From positions 57,930-121,929 of IMG/VR virus record IMGVR_UViG_3300045988_084596: a DNA stretch of 64,000 nucleotides. One strand, given 5' to 3'. The stretch's first letter is position 1, and each line of letters opens with the position of its first letter. Position numbers and translations under genes: made by a program. This DNA comes from a virus. Positions 36,062-46,100 of the stretch are shown here, piece after piece. The notes beneath the pieces are model-generated. The model saw nothing but the letters and a program-made list of their open reading frames with translations, made no database searches and was not told where the DNA came from.

Positions 36062-36340
36062 ATGCCAGGTCGCAGAACTTCAAAATATACAAAAGATCAG
36101 AACGCCTTGTTTCAAGGAGAAGTAATGGTAATTCTTGCTGATAGCGAAGAGGCTCTTACTATTGAGCAAATTCAGCAAAGATCAATTACATTAACAGGGT
36201 TAAGCCCTCAGAAGATGGCTCGTATTCTTTCTCATTTAATTGAAATGGGAAATGTAACAAAAGCAAAAAGTAAGAGCATGGGTAAAATGGTATATAAATC
36301 ATTGGCTGTAATGAGAAGGCAGGGATATGATGTTTATTAA
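36062..36340 (+). CDS. hypothetical protein (92 aa)
   Basis: ATG 36062 after AAGGAGG. The track ORF began earlier in the same frame. Confidence 0.5.
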   Translation: MPGRRTSKYTKDQNALFQGEVMVILADSEEALTIEQIQQRSITLTGLSPQKMARILSHLIEMGNVTKAKSKSMGKMVYKSLAVMRRQGYDVY

Positions 36341-36584
36341 TGTCATGAATGAAGATATTTTTGATGTTACTTTTAGTATCTATCTAGATAATCAAATTAT
36401 TCGACAATGGAGAATGCAGGCGCCGAGACCATTCATAGAGATTAAATTTATTCAAACTGTTCAACAAATTGCTTCTCAATCACAACCTATGAAGGTAATA
36501 GTGTCAAGAGAAGAGGTAATTTGGGATCAATTTGAACAGAAACACAAAGTTCTTCCTGTAACAATGGAGTTTCAAAATTATTAA
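36327..36584 (+). CDS. hypothetical protein (85 aa)
   Basis: Overlapping ORF. Confidence 0.4.
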   Translation: MMFINVMNEDIFDVTFSIYLDNQIIRQWRMQAPRPFIEIKFIQTVQQIASQSQPMKVIVSREEVIWDQFEQKHKVLPVTMEFQNY

Positions 36585-36601
36585 GAGGGAGATTGTTAGT
36601 A

Positions 36602-37417
36602 ATGAAATATTTTATCGACTTTGAGGCTACACAATTTTCGCAAGAAATTATTTCTATCGGATGTATTAGAGAGGATGGTCAGACTCTTTATGCACTCGTA
36701 GCCCCAAAGAAAGGTAAAATTACTCCTTTCATTACTAATCTTACTGGTATCACAGCAGAGATGATTGATAGTGCTATGTCTGCCGATACCGTATTCTCTA
36801 AGTTCTATGATTGGTTGTTTGAAAATCTAGATGATGCACCAGAATTTCTTGTATGGGGAAATTCTGATGGAGATTTTATTCGACATACTTCTCGTCATGC
36901 GACCGCACTTAAAGCAAAAATGGCGTTGGGATATATTTGTGGCAATTATCGAGATTATGCCAAGATGTGCAAAAAAGAGCTGAAATGGGAATGTAATCAC
37001 AGTCTTTTGAATACTCTCAGAAGATTTAATCCTTCTGCTGAACAAAATCACAACTCCTTAGATGATGCAGTTCTACTAAAGGAAGTATATGATTTTATAA
37101 GTAACACATCAAGAGAAACACTTGATGAAATGTTCGCTGATTGGAAGAGGAAAGCAACTAATAAAGAAAGTGTTTTTATTCCTAAATGGAATAAAGCTGG
37201 TTATCCTGCTGGAACTATTTGCATTGTTAATTCTAAGAAGCGGGCTACAAATACTTTTACTAGTGTTGAAGCTGCTGCACTGTGGCTTAAAGAAAATAAA
37301 TGCGAGTCTGACACCTATGAGCATTTCAATCTTGAAAATACGATAAAAAATATCGAGAAAGCTATCAAGGGTGGTAACCACTACTACGGAATGGGTTGGA
37401 GGAGAGTAAATGGCTAA
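36602..37417 (+). CDS. DEDDh-family 3'-5' exonuclease (DnaQ-like)
   Basis: ATG 36602 after GAGGGAG. FIDFEATQF (Exo I motif) and later H...D motif. Confidence 0.55.
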   Translation: MKYFIDFEATQFSQEIISIGCIREDGQTLYALVAPKKGKITPFITNLTGITAEMIDSAMSADTVFSKFYDWLFENLDDAPEFLVWGNSDGDFIRHTSRHATALKAKMALGYICGNYRDYAKMCKKELKWECNHSLLNTLRRFNPSAEQNHNSLDDAVLLKEVYDFISNTSRETLDEMFADWKRKATNKESVFIPKWNKAGYPAGTICIVNSKKRATNTFTSVEAAALWLKENKCESDTYEHFNLENTIKNIEKAIKGGNHYYGMGWRRVNG

Positions 37418-37748
37418 ATATAATTTATACGCAGGCCTGGGCGGAGGATTTGGCGGGTATCAATATCATTGCACAGAAGATTATGACTCTAGAGAAGACG
37501 CCGAGGAAGCCGCTCGAGAGCTAGCGATTGAAGAGTACCAATCTTATGAGGGTATGCACGGAATTTTGTCCGAGGGAGACATTCGAGAGCAATATTGCGA
37601 AGAAAATGAACTGACCGAAGATGAACTGACCCAAGAAGATGAAGATGAAATCTCTGGTATGTATCAAGAGGAAATTGAAGGTTGGCTTTCCTATTTGGTA
37701 ACTACTGTTGAGGAAGATCCCGACCATGATAGATATTATGAATGGTAA
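37410..37748 (+). CDS. hypothetical highly acidic protein (112 aa)
   Basis: ORF with GGAGGAG RBS; Glu/Asp-rich. Confidence 0.45.
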   Translation: MAKYNLYAGLGGGFGGYQYHCTEDYDSREDAEEAARELAIEEYQSYEGMHGILSEGDIREQYCEENELTEDELTQEDEDEISGMYQEEIEGWLSYLVTTVEEDPDHDRYYEW

Positions 37749-37767
37749 GAAAGGAAAGTGATATAGT

Positions 37768-39039
37768 ATGGCGTATTTTGGTCTTGTAACTAAATTGCAG
37801 AATGTGCGGAAGGACGAGAATAGTGACCGCCTTTATCTTGCCGATTGTTTCAATGAAGGTGTAATTATTGGCTCTGATATGCAGACTGGTCAGGAGGTAT
37901 TGTATCTACCTACTGACGGTGAGATTGAGAGATGGTTCGGGAATGAATTCTGCCTTTTTCGCAAGAATGAGGATGGAACCCCTCAGGGCGGATATATCGA
38001 GAATAATGGACACATCAGAGCTATTAAACTTCGCGGCAATCAGAGTTCTGGTGTTGTAATTGCTCTTGATAAAGTTTATGAGAAATTCGGAAATCAGAAC
38101 TGGAAAGATGGAGATAAGGTAAACACTATCAACGACAAAGAGTTTTGTCGTAAGTACATTCCTAAGCGCAAAACTCCTACAGGTCAGGTTAAGACTTCTT
38201 ATAAAGGTCGTAAAGCTGAGGGAATTACATATCCTGAGTTCTCTATGCACACTGATACTGAACAGTTGGCATATAATCTTGACAAATTCCGCCCCGGTGA
38301 TATTCTCAATATGACCCTTAAAATGCACGGAACTTCTCAGCGCTCTATGAATACTTATGCTGAGCTTCCTAATGGTTTCTTCCGTCGCCTCTTCCATATG
38401 AAAAAGCGCACTAAGCAGGCTTATGTTCTTGGAACTCGTCGCTGTGTAGTCACAGAGAACTCTCAGGGATTTTATGGAAATGACCAGTTTCGTATGCCAC
38501 ATCATGAAGCGTTGAAACCTTACCTTGAGCCAGGAATGGAAGTTTTCTACGAAGTAGTGGGTTATTACGGCCCCAATGAAGAGAACACCATTATGCCTAT
38601 CGGAGATAATACCAAAGTCAATGATAAGGCTTTTGTAAAGCAGTTTGGTAAGCGTTCTATTTTCTCTTATGGATGTGAGCCTGGTTAGAGCAAGATGTAT
38701 ATTTATCGTATTACCTCTGAAAATGGAGAAAGAGAGTGGACTCCTGACGAGATTACTGAATGGTGTAATGCTCATGGCTTTAATCGAGTTCCTGTGATCG
38801 AGGATTTTGAATTTACTACCGTAGAGGATTTGCAGGAGCGCATTAACAAATACTTTGAAGATCTCACTGATCCGATCGGCCGCACTCATGTAAAAGAAGG
38901 CGTTGTTATCCGAATTGTAAATCGTCGTACTTTTACAGCTTTTAAGTCTAAGACTTATGAATTTAAAGTCATCGAGGGCATTATCAAGGAAAACGAAATC
39001 GCTCCAGATATGGAAGAGGCTCAGGAGGAAGAGATTTAA
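37768..39039 (+). CDS. RNA ligase (Rnl2 family) fused to an N-terminal tRNA-binding OB-fold domain; one in-frame TAG
   Basis: N-terminal VTKLQNVRKDENSDRLYLADCFNEG resembles the tRNA-binding-domain motif (V.KH.NADKLYV..VD.G). LKMHGTS matches the Rnl2 adenylation motif KxHGxN. Track ORFs 37768-38688 and 38695-39039 are one frame joined by a TAG at 38689. Confidence 0.6.
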
Positions 39040-39284
39040 TGTTAGGAATTATTTTTGGAGCGGCGGGTATGGTCTTTGTTTATTATACGGTTCAAACCAT
39101 TTTTGGTCCAGTTGATGAAGAGTTTTATCTTGGATATTATACTGGTATTGGAGCTACATTTCTTTGCGTACTAATAAACGCAATTCTATAACCAATTAAA
39201 TTTTAAATTAAAGGAGAGTATATTCTCCTTTAATTTTATAATAAAATATTATATAATATTTATATAAAAGAAAGGAGTTATGAT

Positions 39285-39821
39285 ATGTATAGACTTCTTG
39301 TGATTGTAGATGCGCAGAATGATTTTATTACTGGCTCTCTGGGATCTAAGACAGCGGATGCCGCGGTTCCTAATATCGTTGATCTAATTAAACGATTCTG
39401 TTGGGAGGAAATTATTTGTACCATGGATACCCATGACAATGATTACTTTGATACTTTGGAAGGAAAAAGACTTCCCATTAAACATTGTATCAAAGCAAGT
39501 GTGGGCTGGTGTATGGATTCCAGAATTGTTGTTGCGTTGAATAACAAATTTAACTATTATGAAAAAGATACCTTCGGTAGTACTGATATGGTCAATGAAG
39601 TATACGATTCTCTAAAAATGAAGAATCCAGAGGAAGTAGAAATTCATATCTGTGGATTTTGTACCGATATTTGCGTTATGGCTAATGCAGTTATGCTTCG
39701 TGCGGCGATGCCAAATACTAGAATTATCGTCCATTCTAGCGCGTGTGCAGGAGTAACTCCAGAATCGCATGAAGCAGCGCTAACTATTTTCAAAGCCCAG
39801 CAGATTGATGTGGAGGATTAA
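39285..39821 (+). CDS. isochorismatase-family hydrolase (nicotinamidase PncA-like)
   Basis: LLVIVDAQNDF N-terminus and Cys-containing ICGFCTDICV block are typical of cysteine hydrolases/nicotinamidases. Confidence 0.55.
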   Translation: MYRLLVIVDAQNDFITGSLGSKTADAAVPNIVDLIKRFCWEEIICTMDTHDNDYFDTLEGKRLPIKHCIKASVGWCMDSRIVVALNNKFNYYEKDTFGSTDMVNEVYDSLKMKNPEEVEIHICGFCTDICVMANAVMLRAAMPNTRIIVHSSACAGVTPESHEAALTIFKAQQIDVED

Positions 39822-40638
39822 AAAAATGATTAGTCTAATTAATACACGCAGTCATTGGACAGACGTAATTGAACAAAATCATTTTCCAGATGGTACGCTG
39901 CACATTAACATGCCTCCCAACTACTTCGATTATGATACGATTGTTTGGGAGTACGAGAATGATGCAGAATTATTTACTCTCATTTGTGTTAAGGGACATT
40001 TCGAAGATTTCCCTGTAAACCTAGATATGCCATATATTCCTCATGCGAGGATGGATCGGGTTCAAGAACTTGAAGATGTATTTACTCTAAAATACTTCTG
40101 TCAAGTAATTAATAGCCTTCATTTTGATAAAGTTATTGTACGCGATGCTCATTCTAATGTATCGTTAGCTCTACTTGATAGAGTTATTGATCTTAGTCCA
40201 GTTGGAGAAATCAAAGAGGCTATTAAGAGAACTGAGGAATATGAAGGAGAAATTCCTATCCTATTTTTCCCAGATGAAGGAGCGATGAAGAGATATTCTG
40301 CTCCACCCATTAATTTTCCTTACGCTTTTGGAATTAAGAAAAGGGATTGGTCTACTGGAAAAATTCTTGGTTTGCAGTTAATAAATGAGGAAATCGTTAA
40401 AGAGAGAAATGTCTTAATTGTAGACGATATTTGTTCTCGCGGTGGAACTTTTTATCACGCAGCAAACGCCCTTAAAGAAGCTGGCGCAAAGAATATTTAT
40501 CTGTATGTAACTCATGCAGAGCATACCATGATTGAGGGCGATATGTATAATCAAGATATTGTGAAGAAAATCTTCACTTCTGATAGCATCTTCAAGACAG
40601 AGTGGGATATTAGAGGAAAGGTAGAGATTGTAAGATGA
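39805..40638 (+). CDS. PRPP-synthetase-like type I phosphoribosyltransferase (candidate ADP-ribose pyrophosphate synthetase)
   Basis: PRPP-binding loop VLIVDDICSRGGT. ~277 aa, Prs-like size and order. Confidence 0.5.
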   Translation: MMWRIKKMISLINTRSHWTDVIEQNHFPDGTLHINMPPNYFDYDTIVWEYENDAELFTLICVKGHFEDFPVNLDMPYIPHARMDRVQELEDVFTLKYFCQVINSLHFDKVIVRDAHSNVSLALLDRVIDLSPVGEIKEAIKRTEEYEGEIPILFFPDEGAMKRYSAPPINFPYAFGIKKRDWSTGKILGLQLINEEIVKERNVLIVDDICSRGGTFYHAANALKEAGAKNIYLYVTHAEHTMIEGDMYNQDIVKKIFTSDSIFKTEWDIRGKVEIVR

Positions 40639-41084
40639 CTATTGAGAAACTTCAAGAGTTAAAGATTATGGCTCTTAAAAATGGAAATACAAATACAAAG
40701 AGGGTACTTTCTGACATGATTGATGCGTGTCAGAAAGCAGCCATTACTCCAAAAGGAAGAGTTGAATTAACTGAACAACTAGTTGACGAAACCCTTATCA
40801 AATATCAAAAGACAGTACAAGAAATGATTGATACCTGTCCTGCTAGTTATCCTGAAAAACTGCATCAATATCAAGAGGATATGAAGGTAGTAAAGATGTG
40901 TGCCCCTCAGCTTATTACTGATAAGGCAGAAATTGAAACAAAAGTAAGAGAGATCGCTGGAACCGCAGGTATTGATCTCCTCAAAGCAAACCGTGGTGTG
41001 CTTATGAAGTCTGTTTCTATGGAGCTTAAAGGTAAGGCAGATATGAAGATTGTAAGTGCTGTTGTTGGAGGGTTGTTAAAGTGA
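40635..41084 (+). CDS. YqeY/GatB-C-terminal-like domain protein
   Basis: Weak remembered similarity of the N-terminal region to the YqeY family. Low certainty. Confidence 0.3.
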   Translation: MTIEKLQELKIMALKNGNTNTKRVLSDMIDACQKAAITPKGRVELTEQLVDETLIKYQKTVQEMIDTCPASYPEKLHQYQEDMKVVKMCAPQLITDKAEIETKVREIAGTAGIDLLKANRGVLMKSVSMELKGKADMKIVSAVVGGLLK

Positions 41085-41449
41085 ATCTATCTTTAGAGCA
41101 GACTCTCGCATCTATTCTTCAGTCGCTCGCAGATTTTTTTGGAGTAACAACTCAAACTATTATGGAAAACGCTCCCATGTGGCTGGCCAAATATGGTTGG
41201 TATGTAACTATTAAAGATTTAGGATTAACTATCTTTATAGGAGGATTTATTAGTATTGCTCTTATTGGTGGATTATTTTTTATATTTTATATAATGCTTG
41301 ATGCAGATTATAAAAAATGGCACTCAGCTATGTTTGTAACGATAGCAATACTTGCAATTATTATAACAATTTTTATTCCAATTATTACTTGTATCATCGC
41401 TCCAGAGTATGTTGGAATTGAAGCACTACTTAGATTGCTTCAAAGTTGA
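41081..41449 (+). CDS. membrane protein (122 aa, 2-3 TM)
   Basis: Hydrophobic stretches IFIGGFISIALIGGLFFIFYIML and IAILAIIITIFIPIITCIIA. Followed by terminator 41452-41478. Confidence 0.5.
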   Translation: MNLSLEQTLASILQSLADFFGVTTQTIMENAPMWLAKYGWYVTIKDLGLTIFIGGFISIALIGGLFFIFYIMLDADYKKWHSAMFVTIAILAIIITIFIPIITCIIAPEYVGIEALLRLLQS

Positions 41450-41451
41450 TA

Positions 41452-41478
41452 AAAGCCCTCATAAAGAGGGTTTTTTAT
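41452..41478 (+). terminator. intrinsic terminator
   Basis: AAGCCCTC-ATAAA-GAGGGTTTTTTATTTTT. Confidence 0.65.
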
Positions 41479-41532
41479 TTTTATAAAAATATATGATATA
41501 ATATATTTAAGAAATAAGGAAAGGAAGATTTT

Positions 41533-43122
41533 ATGAGTTTCTTTGATGTAGCTCCAATGTTTGCCGCTGACTACTACAAAGTTGGTCATGCTATTAAGAT
41601 GCAGCCGAAGTCTGCTTCTATGGTTTATTCTACTTGGACAGCTCGCAGTTATAAGCATCATCCAAATTGCCCTAAGACAGTGGTCTTTGGTCATCAATAT
41701 ACCATCCAGAAACTACTTGAATTTTGGCAGACAGAGTTCTTTGATCAGTCAGTTGAGCTTCTTGAACAGGAGTGGAATCATGTAATTAAAAGTACTTTCC
41801 ATCCTGATTACGCGGATTTTACCAAGTTTAAAGAATTGCATAAACTTGGTTATTTACCTATTTCTATCATGGGAGTTCCAGAGGGTACGCTTCTTCCCGT
41901 CGGGATTCCAGATCATGTAATTTTTTCTAATCATCAAAATTTTGCGTGGCTTCCGCAATTTATCGAAGATCAGTGGAGCGCTAATAACTGGCTCCCCTCG
42001 ACTTCTGCCACTACCGCTTTTTATCGCCGCAAGTTGATTGAGCCTTATGTCAAGACTAGTTGCGACGATATGTCTGCGCTTCCGCATATGTGCGGAGACT
42101 TTTCTCTGCGCGGGCATACAAGCCTTGAAGCGGGTTATATCTCAGGTGCTGCCCATGCTCTTTCTTTTGATAGAACTGCAACCATTGGTTCTAACCTTCT
42201 CCTTGAAAAATACTATGGAGCAGATCTTGAGAATAATCCTCCCATGATGGGAACTCCTTCTCTTGAGCACTCTGTTGTTGAACAAGGTGTAGCTTGGATG
42301 AAGCAGAAGATTACTAATGGAGATTTAACTGAAACTGAGCGTTATCTTTTCTCTAAGGCCGCTTTTGATAATTGGGATATTAACCTTATTGCAGAAATGC
42401 TTTTTATTAATTATCTTTGCACAGAAGTGCAACCTACAGGAACTATGACCTATGTATCTGATACATATGATTATTGGGGTATTGTATCTAAGGTTCTTCC
42501 TATGTTGCACGATGTTATTGCAGCAAGAGATGGATGTTTCTCCGTTCGACCTGATAGCGGAGATCCTGTAAAGATTATCTGCGGCGACCCAGATGCTGTA
42601 CCCGGTTCTCCTGAGTTTATAGGAACTTTAAATCTTCTAAAAGAAATCTTTGGCGGTGAATTGAATACTAAAGGATATTTTATTCTTCCTTCTTATATTC
42701 GTATGATTTATGGAGATGCCATTACTCCAGAGATTACTGAAAAAGTTTGCTCTTGGTGCGTTAGAAATAATATCTCAGTATCCAATCTATGTTTTGGAAT
42801 TGGAGCTTATACTTATCAGTATGTAACTCGTGATACTAGAGGCTATGCTATTAAAGCTACAGATTGTATCCTCGGCAATGATGAAATTCAGATTTATAAA
42901 ATGCCTAAAACCGACCCTGGGAAAAAGTCTCCTCGTGGATGTGTTGCAATTTTTAAAGAGGAGAATGGCGATTATTCTTTAGTAGAAAATCTTACTCTTG
43001 AAGAATCCATTGGATATAAGAACAATGTAATGAAATTTAAAGTCAAGAATGGAAGTTTCTGTACGGAGAGCGTAGAGACTATCGAAACTATTAAAGAGAG
43101 ATTGATGGGAGAAGTTCTATGA
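41533..43122 (+). CDS. nicotinamide phosphoribosyltransferase family protein (NAMPT/NadV-like; possibly nicotinamide ADPR transferase)
   Basis: 529 aa. N-terminal FDVAPMFAADYYKVGH and later GTMTYVSDTYD blocks match NAMPT family proteins as I recall them. Confidence 0.6.
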   Translation: MSFFDVAPMFAADYYKVGHAIKMQPKSASMVYSTWTARSYKHHPNCPKTVVFGHQYTIQKLLEFWQTEFFDQSVELLEQEWNHVIKSTFHPDYADFTKFKELHKLGYLPISIMGVPEGTLLPVGIPDHVIFSNHQNFAWLPQFIEDQWSANNWLPSTSATTAFYRRKLIEPYVKTSCDDMSALPHMCGDFSLRGHTSLEAGYISGAAHALSFDRTATIGSNLLLEKYYGADLENNPPMMGTPSLEHSVVEQGVAWMKQKITNGDLTETERYLFSKAAFDNWDINLIAEMLFINYLCTEVQPTGTMTYVSDTYDYWGIVSKVLPMLHDVIAARDGCFSVRPDSGDPVKIICGDPDAVPGSPEFIGTLNLLKEIFGGELNTKGYFILPSYIRMIYGDAITPEITEKVCSWCVRNNISVSNLCFGIGAYTYQYVTRDTRGYAIKATDCILGNDEIQIYKMPKTDPGKKSPRGCVAIFKEENGDYSLVENLTLEESIGYKNNVMKFKVKNGSFCTESVETIETIKERLMGEVL

Positions 43123-43844
43123 CTAATACGGTTACTAAAATTATAGATTGGATTAAAGAGTATTTCATAAAAAACGGGCCGGAGTGTAAAGCTGTTATCG
43201 GGATTTCTGGCGGCAAAGATTCTACAGTGGCTGCGGCTCTTCTTTGTAAGGCTCTTGGCCCGAATCGAGTAATTGCCGTACAAATGCCACAGGGATTCCA
43301 ATATGATATTGATGTTTCTAATGAGGTAATTGATTACCTCGAAATTACAGAGCATTACAACATCAATATTGGTTCAGCTTGTCAGGAGATTTTCTTGTCT
43401 TTGCCCAATGATATTAGAATTCAGCCGCAAGTTACAAGTAATGTTCCAGCAAGAGTAAGAATGAATATCCTTTATGCAATCGCCGCGAGCCGTCATGGAA
43501 GAGTTGTGAATACTTGCAATAGAAGTGAAGACTATGTAGGCTATTCTACTAAATTTGGAGATGCAGCAGGAGATTTTTCTATTCTCTCTAATTATACTGC
43601 CACGGAAGTTAAAGAAATTGGTATTGAGCTTGGATTGCCAAAGAACTTCATTGAAAAGCCTCCAGAGGATGGATTAAGCGGTTTAACAGATGAGGAAAAT
43701 TTAGGATTTTCTTATGATGTCCTAGATAATTTCCTACTTAATGGTATTACTCCTCCATATGAGATATATAAAAACATTGAACAAAGACATAAGAGAAATT
43801 TACATAAGATTTCCCCTATGCCAACTTGTCCATTCTTTTCTTAA
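43119..43844 (+). CDS. nadE: NAD+ synthetase (NadE-like PP-loop ATPase)
   Basis: GISGGKDST PP-loop SGGxDS motif. Confidence 0.6.
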   Translation: MTNTVTKIIDWIKEYFIKNGPECKAVIGISGGKDSTVAAALLCKALGPNRVIAVQMPQGFQYDIDVSNEVIDYLEITEHYNINIGSACQEIFLSLPNDIRIQPQVTSNVPARVRMNILYAIAASRHGRVVNTCNRSEDYVGYSTKFGDAAGDFSILSNYTATEVKEIGIELGLPKNFIEKPPEDGLSGLTDEENLGFSYDVLDNFLLNGITPPYEIYKNIEQRHKRNLHKISPMPTCPFFS

Positions 43845-43872
43845 AGAGAGCTTTACAGCTCTCTTTATTTTT
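43845..43872 (+). terminator. intrinsic terminator
   Basis: AGAGAGC-TTTAC-AGCTCTCT then TTATTTTTT. Confidence 0.6.
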
Positions 43873-43924
43873 TATAATATTTATGATATAATATTTATAT
43901 AATATAAGAAAGGGAGTTTTATTT

Positions 43925-44656
43925 ATGAGCATATACGCAGTTAGCGATCTTCATGGTATGTATGAGCTATATCAAAAAATTAGTGACTTTCTAAAGCCAG
44001 AAGATAAAGTTTATTGTCTAGGAGATTGCGGCGATCGAGGTCCGCGGTCTTGGGAAACTATTAAAGCGGTCGCGTCGGATCCGCGTTTTATCTATATTAA
44101 AGGTAATCACGAAGATATGCTTGTTAAAGCTATGAAAGATTATATTAAATATGAAACATATGGAGGAGGTCATTTTGATCTTCTCTGTTGGAATGGAGGA
44201 GCTTCTACTTTTAATGGATGGATTAATGATGGAGCTAAGTCTGGATGGTATCACTATCTAAGAAAATTGCCCCTATATCTTGAATATAAGAATAAAAATG
44301 GAATAACCATTATGCTTTGTCATGCGGGTTTTACTCCTGCAAAAGAACCATTCCCAGCAAACGAGGATTTGCTATGGGATAGAGAGCATATCTATGATAC
44401 TACCGAAGGTGAAGGAATTTGCGTTCATGGCCATACTCCAATTTCAGAATACTTAATTCTAAGATTAGATAATGCGAATAATTTTCTACCGCCAGATAGA
44501 CAATTCTCTTACTCATATAATGGTGGAGCTTTATGGTATTGTGATAATCATAAAGTTGATATTGACTGTTGCAGTTATATGTCTGGAAAAACTGTTCTTC
44601 TAAATTTGGATACTTTCGACGAACACATCTTTACTGTTGATAAGGAGGATGAATAA
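43925..44656 (+). CDS. PPP-family serine/threonine protein phosphatase (lambda-phosphatase-like)
   Basis: DLHG ... GDCGDRG ... GNHE motifs in order. Confidence 0.6.
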   Translation: MSIYAVSDLHGMYELYQKISDFLKPEDKVYCLGDCGDRGPRSWETIKAVASDPRFIYIKGNHEDMLVKAMKDYIKYETYGGGHFDLLCWNGGASTFNGWINDGAKSGWYHYLRKLPLYLEYKNKNGITIMLCHAGFTPAKEPFPANEDLLWDREHIYDTTEGEGICVHGHTPISEYLILRLDNANNFLPPDRQFSYSYNGGALWYCDNHKVDIDCCSYMSGKTVLLNLDTFDEHIFTVDKEDE

Positions 44657-44657
44657 T

Positions 44658-45503
44658 ATGAATGACCAGCTAGGCGCTCGCATGAAAGAGTTCTATGAGC
44701 AAATTCCAAAAACTCGACTTGTGCGTAGAACACCTGTAGCAATTAGAATTGATGGAAAAGCATTTCATACCTTTACTAAAGGTTTTAGAAAACCATTTGA
44801 TGCGGTATTGACTTCGGCTATGCAAGAAACAATGAAATATTTATGTGAAAATATCCAAGGATGTGTTCTTGGATATACTCAAAGCGATGAAATAACTCTA
44901 ATTCTTGTTGACTATAAAAAATTAAATAGCGACGCATGGTTTGATTATGAAGTTCAAAAAATGTGTTCTGTAGCAGCGTCCATGGCAACAATGATTTTTA
45001 ATAAGGTGTTTCGTTCAGCTATTGAAAGATATGATATTGGTTGGAAAAATTCTTTAACTCCTCAGGGCGTAGAAATTCAACTTGAGCATCAAGAATATAT
45101 GAGAACTTTACGGATAGCAAACGCAAGAGGGGCTATGTTTGATGCTCGTGTTTTCAATATTCCGAAAGAAGAAGTAACAAATCTAATTTATTGGCGCCAA
45201 TTAGATGCTATTAGAAATTCTATTCAAATGGTTGGACAAGCGAATTTTTCTCATAGTGAACTTCAAGGTAAATGTAGTAGTGAAATTTTAGAAATGCTTA
45301 TTTCTCAAAAAGGAATAGATTGGAATGAATTGCCCGTCTATTTACAAAGAGGTTCTTGTTGCATAAAAGACTGCGAAGAGACCGAAAGAGAGGATGGTTC
45401 AATCCATTTTAAACATTATTGGTTCGTCGATCTCAATATTCCTATTTTTAAGGAAGAAGGTAGACTTTATATCGAAGACCTCATTCAACCAGTCGAATTT
45501 TGA
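44658..45503 (+). CDS. Thg1-like protein (tRNA-His guanylyltransferase family, 3'-5' nucleotidyltransferase)
   Basis: AIRIDGKAFHTF matches Thg1 RLDGRNFHRF. RKPFD matches AKPND. GYTQSDEITLIL matches YGQSDEYSFVF. Start ATG 44658 after AAGGAGGA. Confidence 0.65.
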   Translation: MNDQLGARMKEFYEQIPKTRLVRRTPVAIRIDGKAFHTFTKGFRKPFDAVLTSAMQETMKYLCENIQGCVLGYTQSDEITLILVDYKKLNSDAWFDYEVQKMCSVAASMATMIFNKVFRSAIERYDIGWKNSLTPQGVEIQLEHQEYMRTLRIANARGAMFDARVFNIPKEEVTNLIYWRQLDAIRNSIQMVGQANFSHSELQGKCSSEILEMLISQKGIDWNELPVYLQRGSCCIKDCEETEREDGSIHFKHYWFVDLNIPIFKEEGRLYIEDLIQPVEF

Positions 45504-45539
45504 GACGCATAGAATCTTTTGAAATTATTATAAAAATAT

Positions 45540-45581
45540 AATATAATATATATAGAAAGTTAAGGAATGGAGGAAAGCAGT
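45540..45581 (+). promoter_or_regulatory. consensus promoter + leader
   Basis: TATAATATAATATATATAGAAAGTTAAGGAATGGAGGAAAGCAGT then ATG. Confidence 0.5.
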
Positions 45582-46100
45582 ATGACTATCGAAGTAAAAG
45601 TCATGGTTGGTATACCTGGTAGTGGGAAGTCAACTTGGGCTAATAAAGAAGCCGAACTTCTTGAAATGGATGGCTTTCATACTGCTATTATTTCTCGCGA
45701 TGTGATAAGAGAAAGTTTCATTGGAGATAAGGATTATTTCTCGCGAGAAAATGAAGTATTTGAAGAGTTCGTTCGACAAATTAACGAGTGCCTTGAAATT
45801 GGGATTGACTACATCTTTGTTGATGCTACTCATATCTCTCAAGGATCAAGAGCCAAGTTATTAGGAAGGTTGCGGCCGGACGGGAAGACTGGACTTAGTT
45901 TTGAAGTTTGTGATTGCGGGATTGATACTTGTATAGCCCGCAATAACTTGAGAAAGGGATTTTCCAAAGTACCCGATTCCGCGATTAGAAAGATGGCTAG
46001 AGGTTTTAGACCTCCCACTCCCGCAGAATTTAAACTCTACAAGTATGGCTTTAAGGATGTAAAAATCAATCATCATAACATGGAGGAGGGAGATAAATGA
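45582..46100 (+). CDS. polynucleotide 5'-kinase (P-loop)
   Basis: Walker A GIPGSGKST. ~170 aa, T4 Pnk kinase-domain-like. Confidence 0.55.
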   Translation: MTIEVKVMVGIPGSGKSTWANKEAELLEMDGFHTAIISRDVIRESFIGDKDYFSRENEVFEEFVRQINECLEIGIDYIFVDATHISQGSRAKLLGRLRPDGKTGLSFEVCDCGIDTCIARNNLRKGFSKVPDSAIRKMARGFRPPTPAEFKLYKYGFKDVKINHHNMEEGDK

